A stretch of 64,000 nucleotides of DNA from Puccinia triticina. Taxonomy: Eukaryota. The notes beneath the pieces were generated by a model, which was not told where the DNA came from, made no database searches, and worked only from the letters and a program-made list of their open reading frames with translations. Position numbers and translations under genes: made by a program. Shown piece after piece: positions 63,752 through 64,000 of this stretch. The stretch is from NCBI GenBank assembly GCA_026914245.1, contig CP110439.1, forward strand, positions 6,448,001 to 6,512,000. The letters are read 5' to 3'. Position 1 is the stretch's first letter. Each line of letters opens with the position of its first letter.

Positions 63752-64000
63752 TTATGATATAAATACATAAACAATACATGATGTAATCTAATTCAAAAGA
63801 GCACTGAATGGAATCACTGATCAGCTAGTGTACACAGCAACTGATCTAGGATCAGTACTGATCATTACACTGCCCTGATCATTTCCAATGTTGATCCTCT
63901 TGAGGATCTGCTTGCTTTGAGCGCTTCCAGTCCCCCCCTAGTCCTGAAGCGCCTCCCAGCGCCTCAAATCCCCTTGTGCTCTTTTCCCCTCTATATAAAC

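Overview
Eukaryotic, intron-rich and transposon-dominated DNA. Gene and transposon style suggest a rust fungus (Pucciniales); this is inferred, not shown. Only two clear host genes lie in a small island: GAR1 (18950-19920, +) and a Cys-rich secreted protein with a probable GPI signal (20624-21820, -). The rest is nested mobile DNA. Left part: a non-autonomous LTR element (747-5646), several MITEs and solo LTRs, and a chromodomain Gypsy element with 130-bp LTRs and a self-priming-type PBS (11600-17741). Right part: a 37-kb Gypsy element (25380-62621) splits a tyrosine-recombinase relic and carries a five-exon antisense accessory gene. Inside it sits a 24.5-kb DNA transposon (29268-53807) with TGTCA...TGACA ends, about 2.5-kb inverted subterminal repeat arrays and no visible TSD. 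That transposon encodes a KDZ (Kyakuja-Dileera-Zisupton) transposase, a TET/JBP-type 2OG-Fe(II) dioxygenase and an HMG-like protein. The window ends with a Helitron helicase relic and its hairpin-CTAG 3' end. All calls were made by eye; mismatch counts are manual and approximate.
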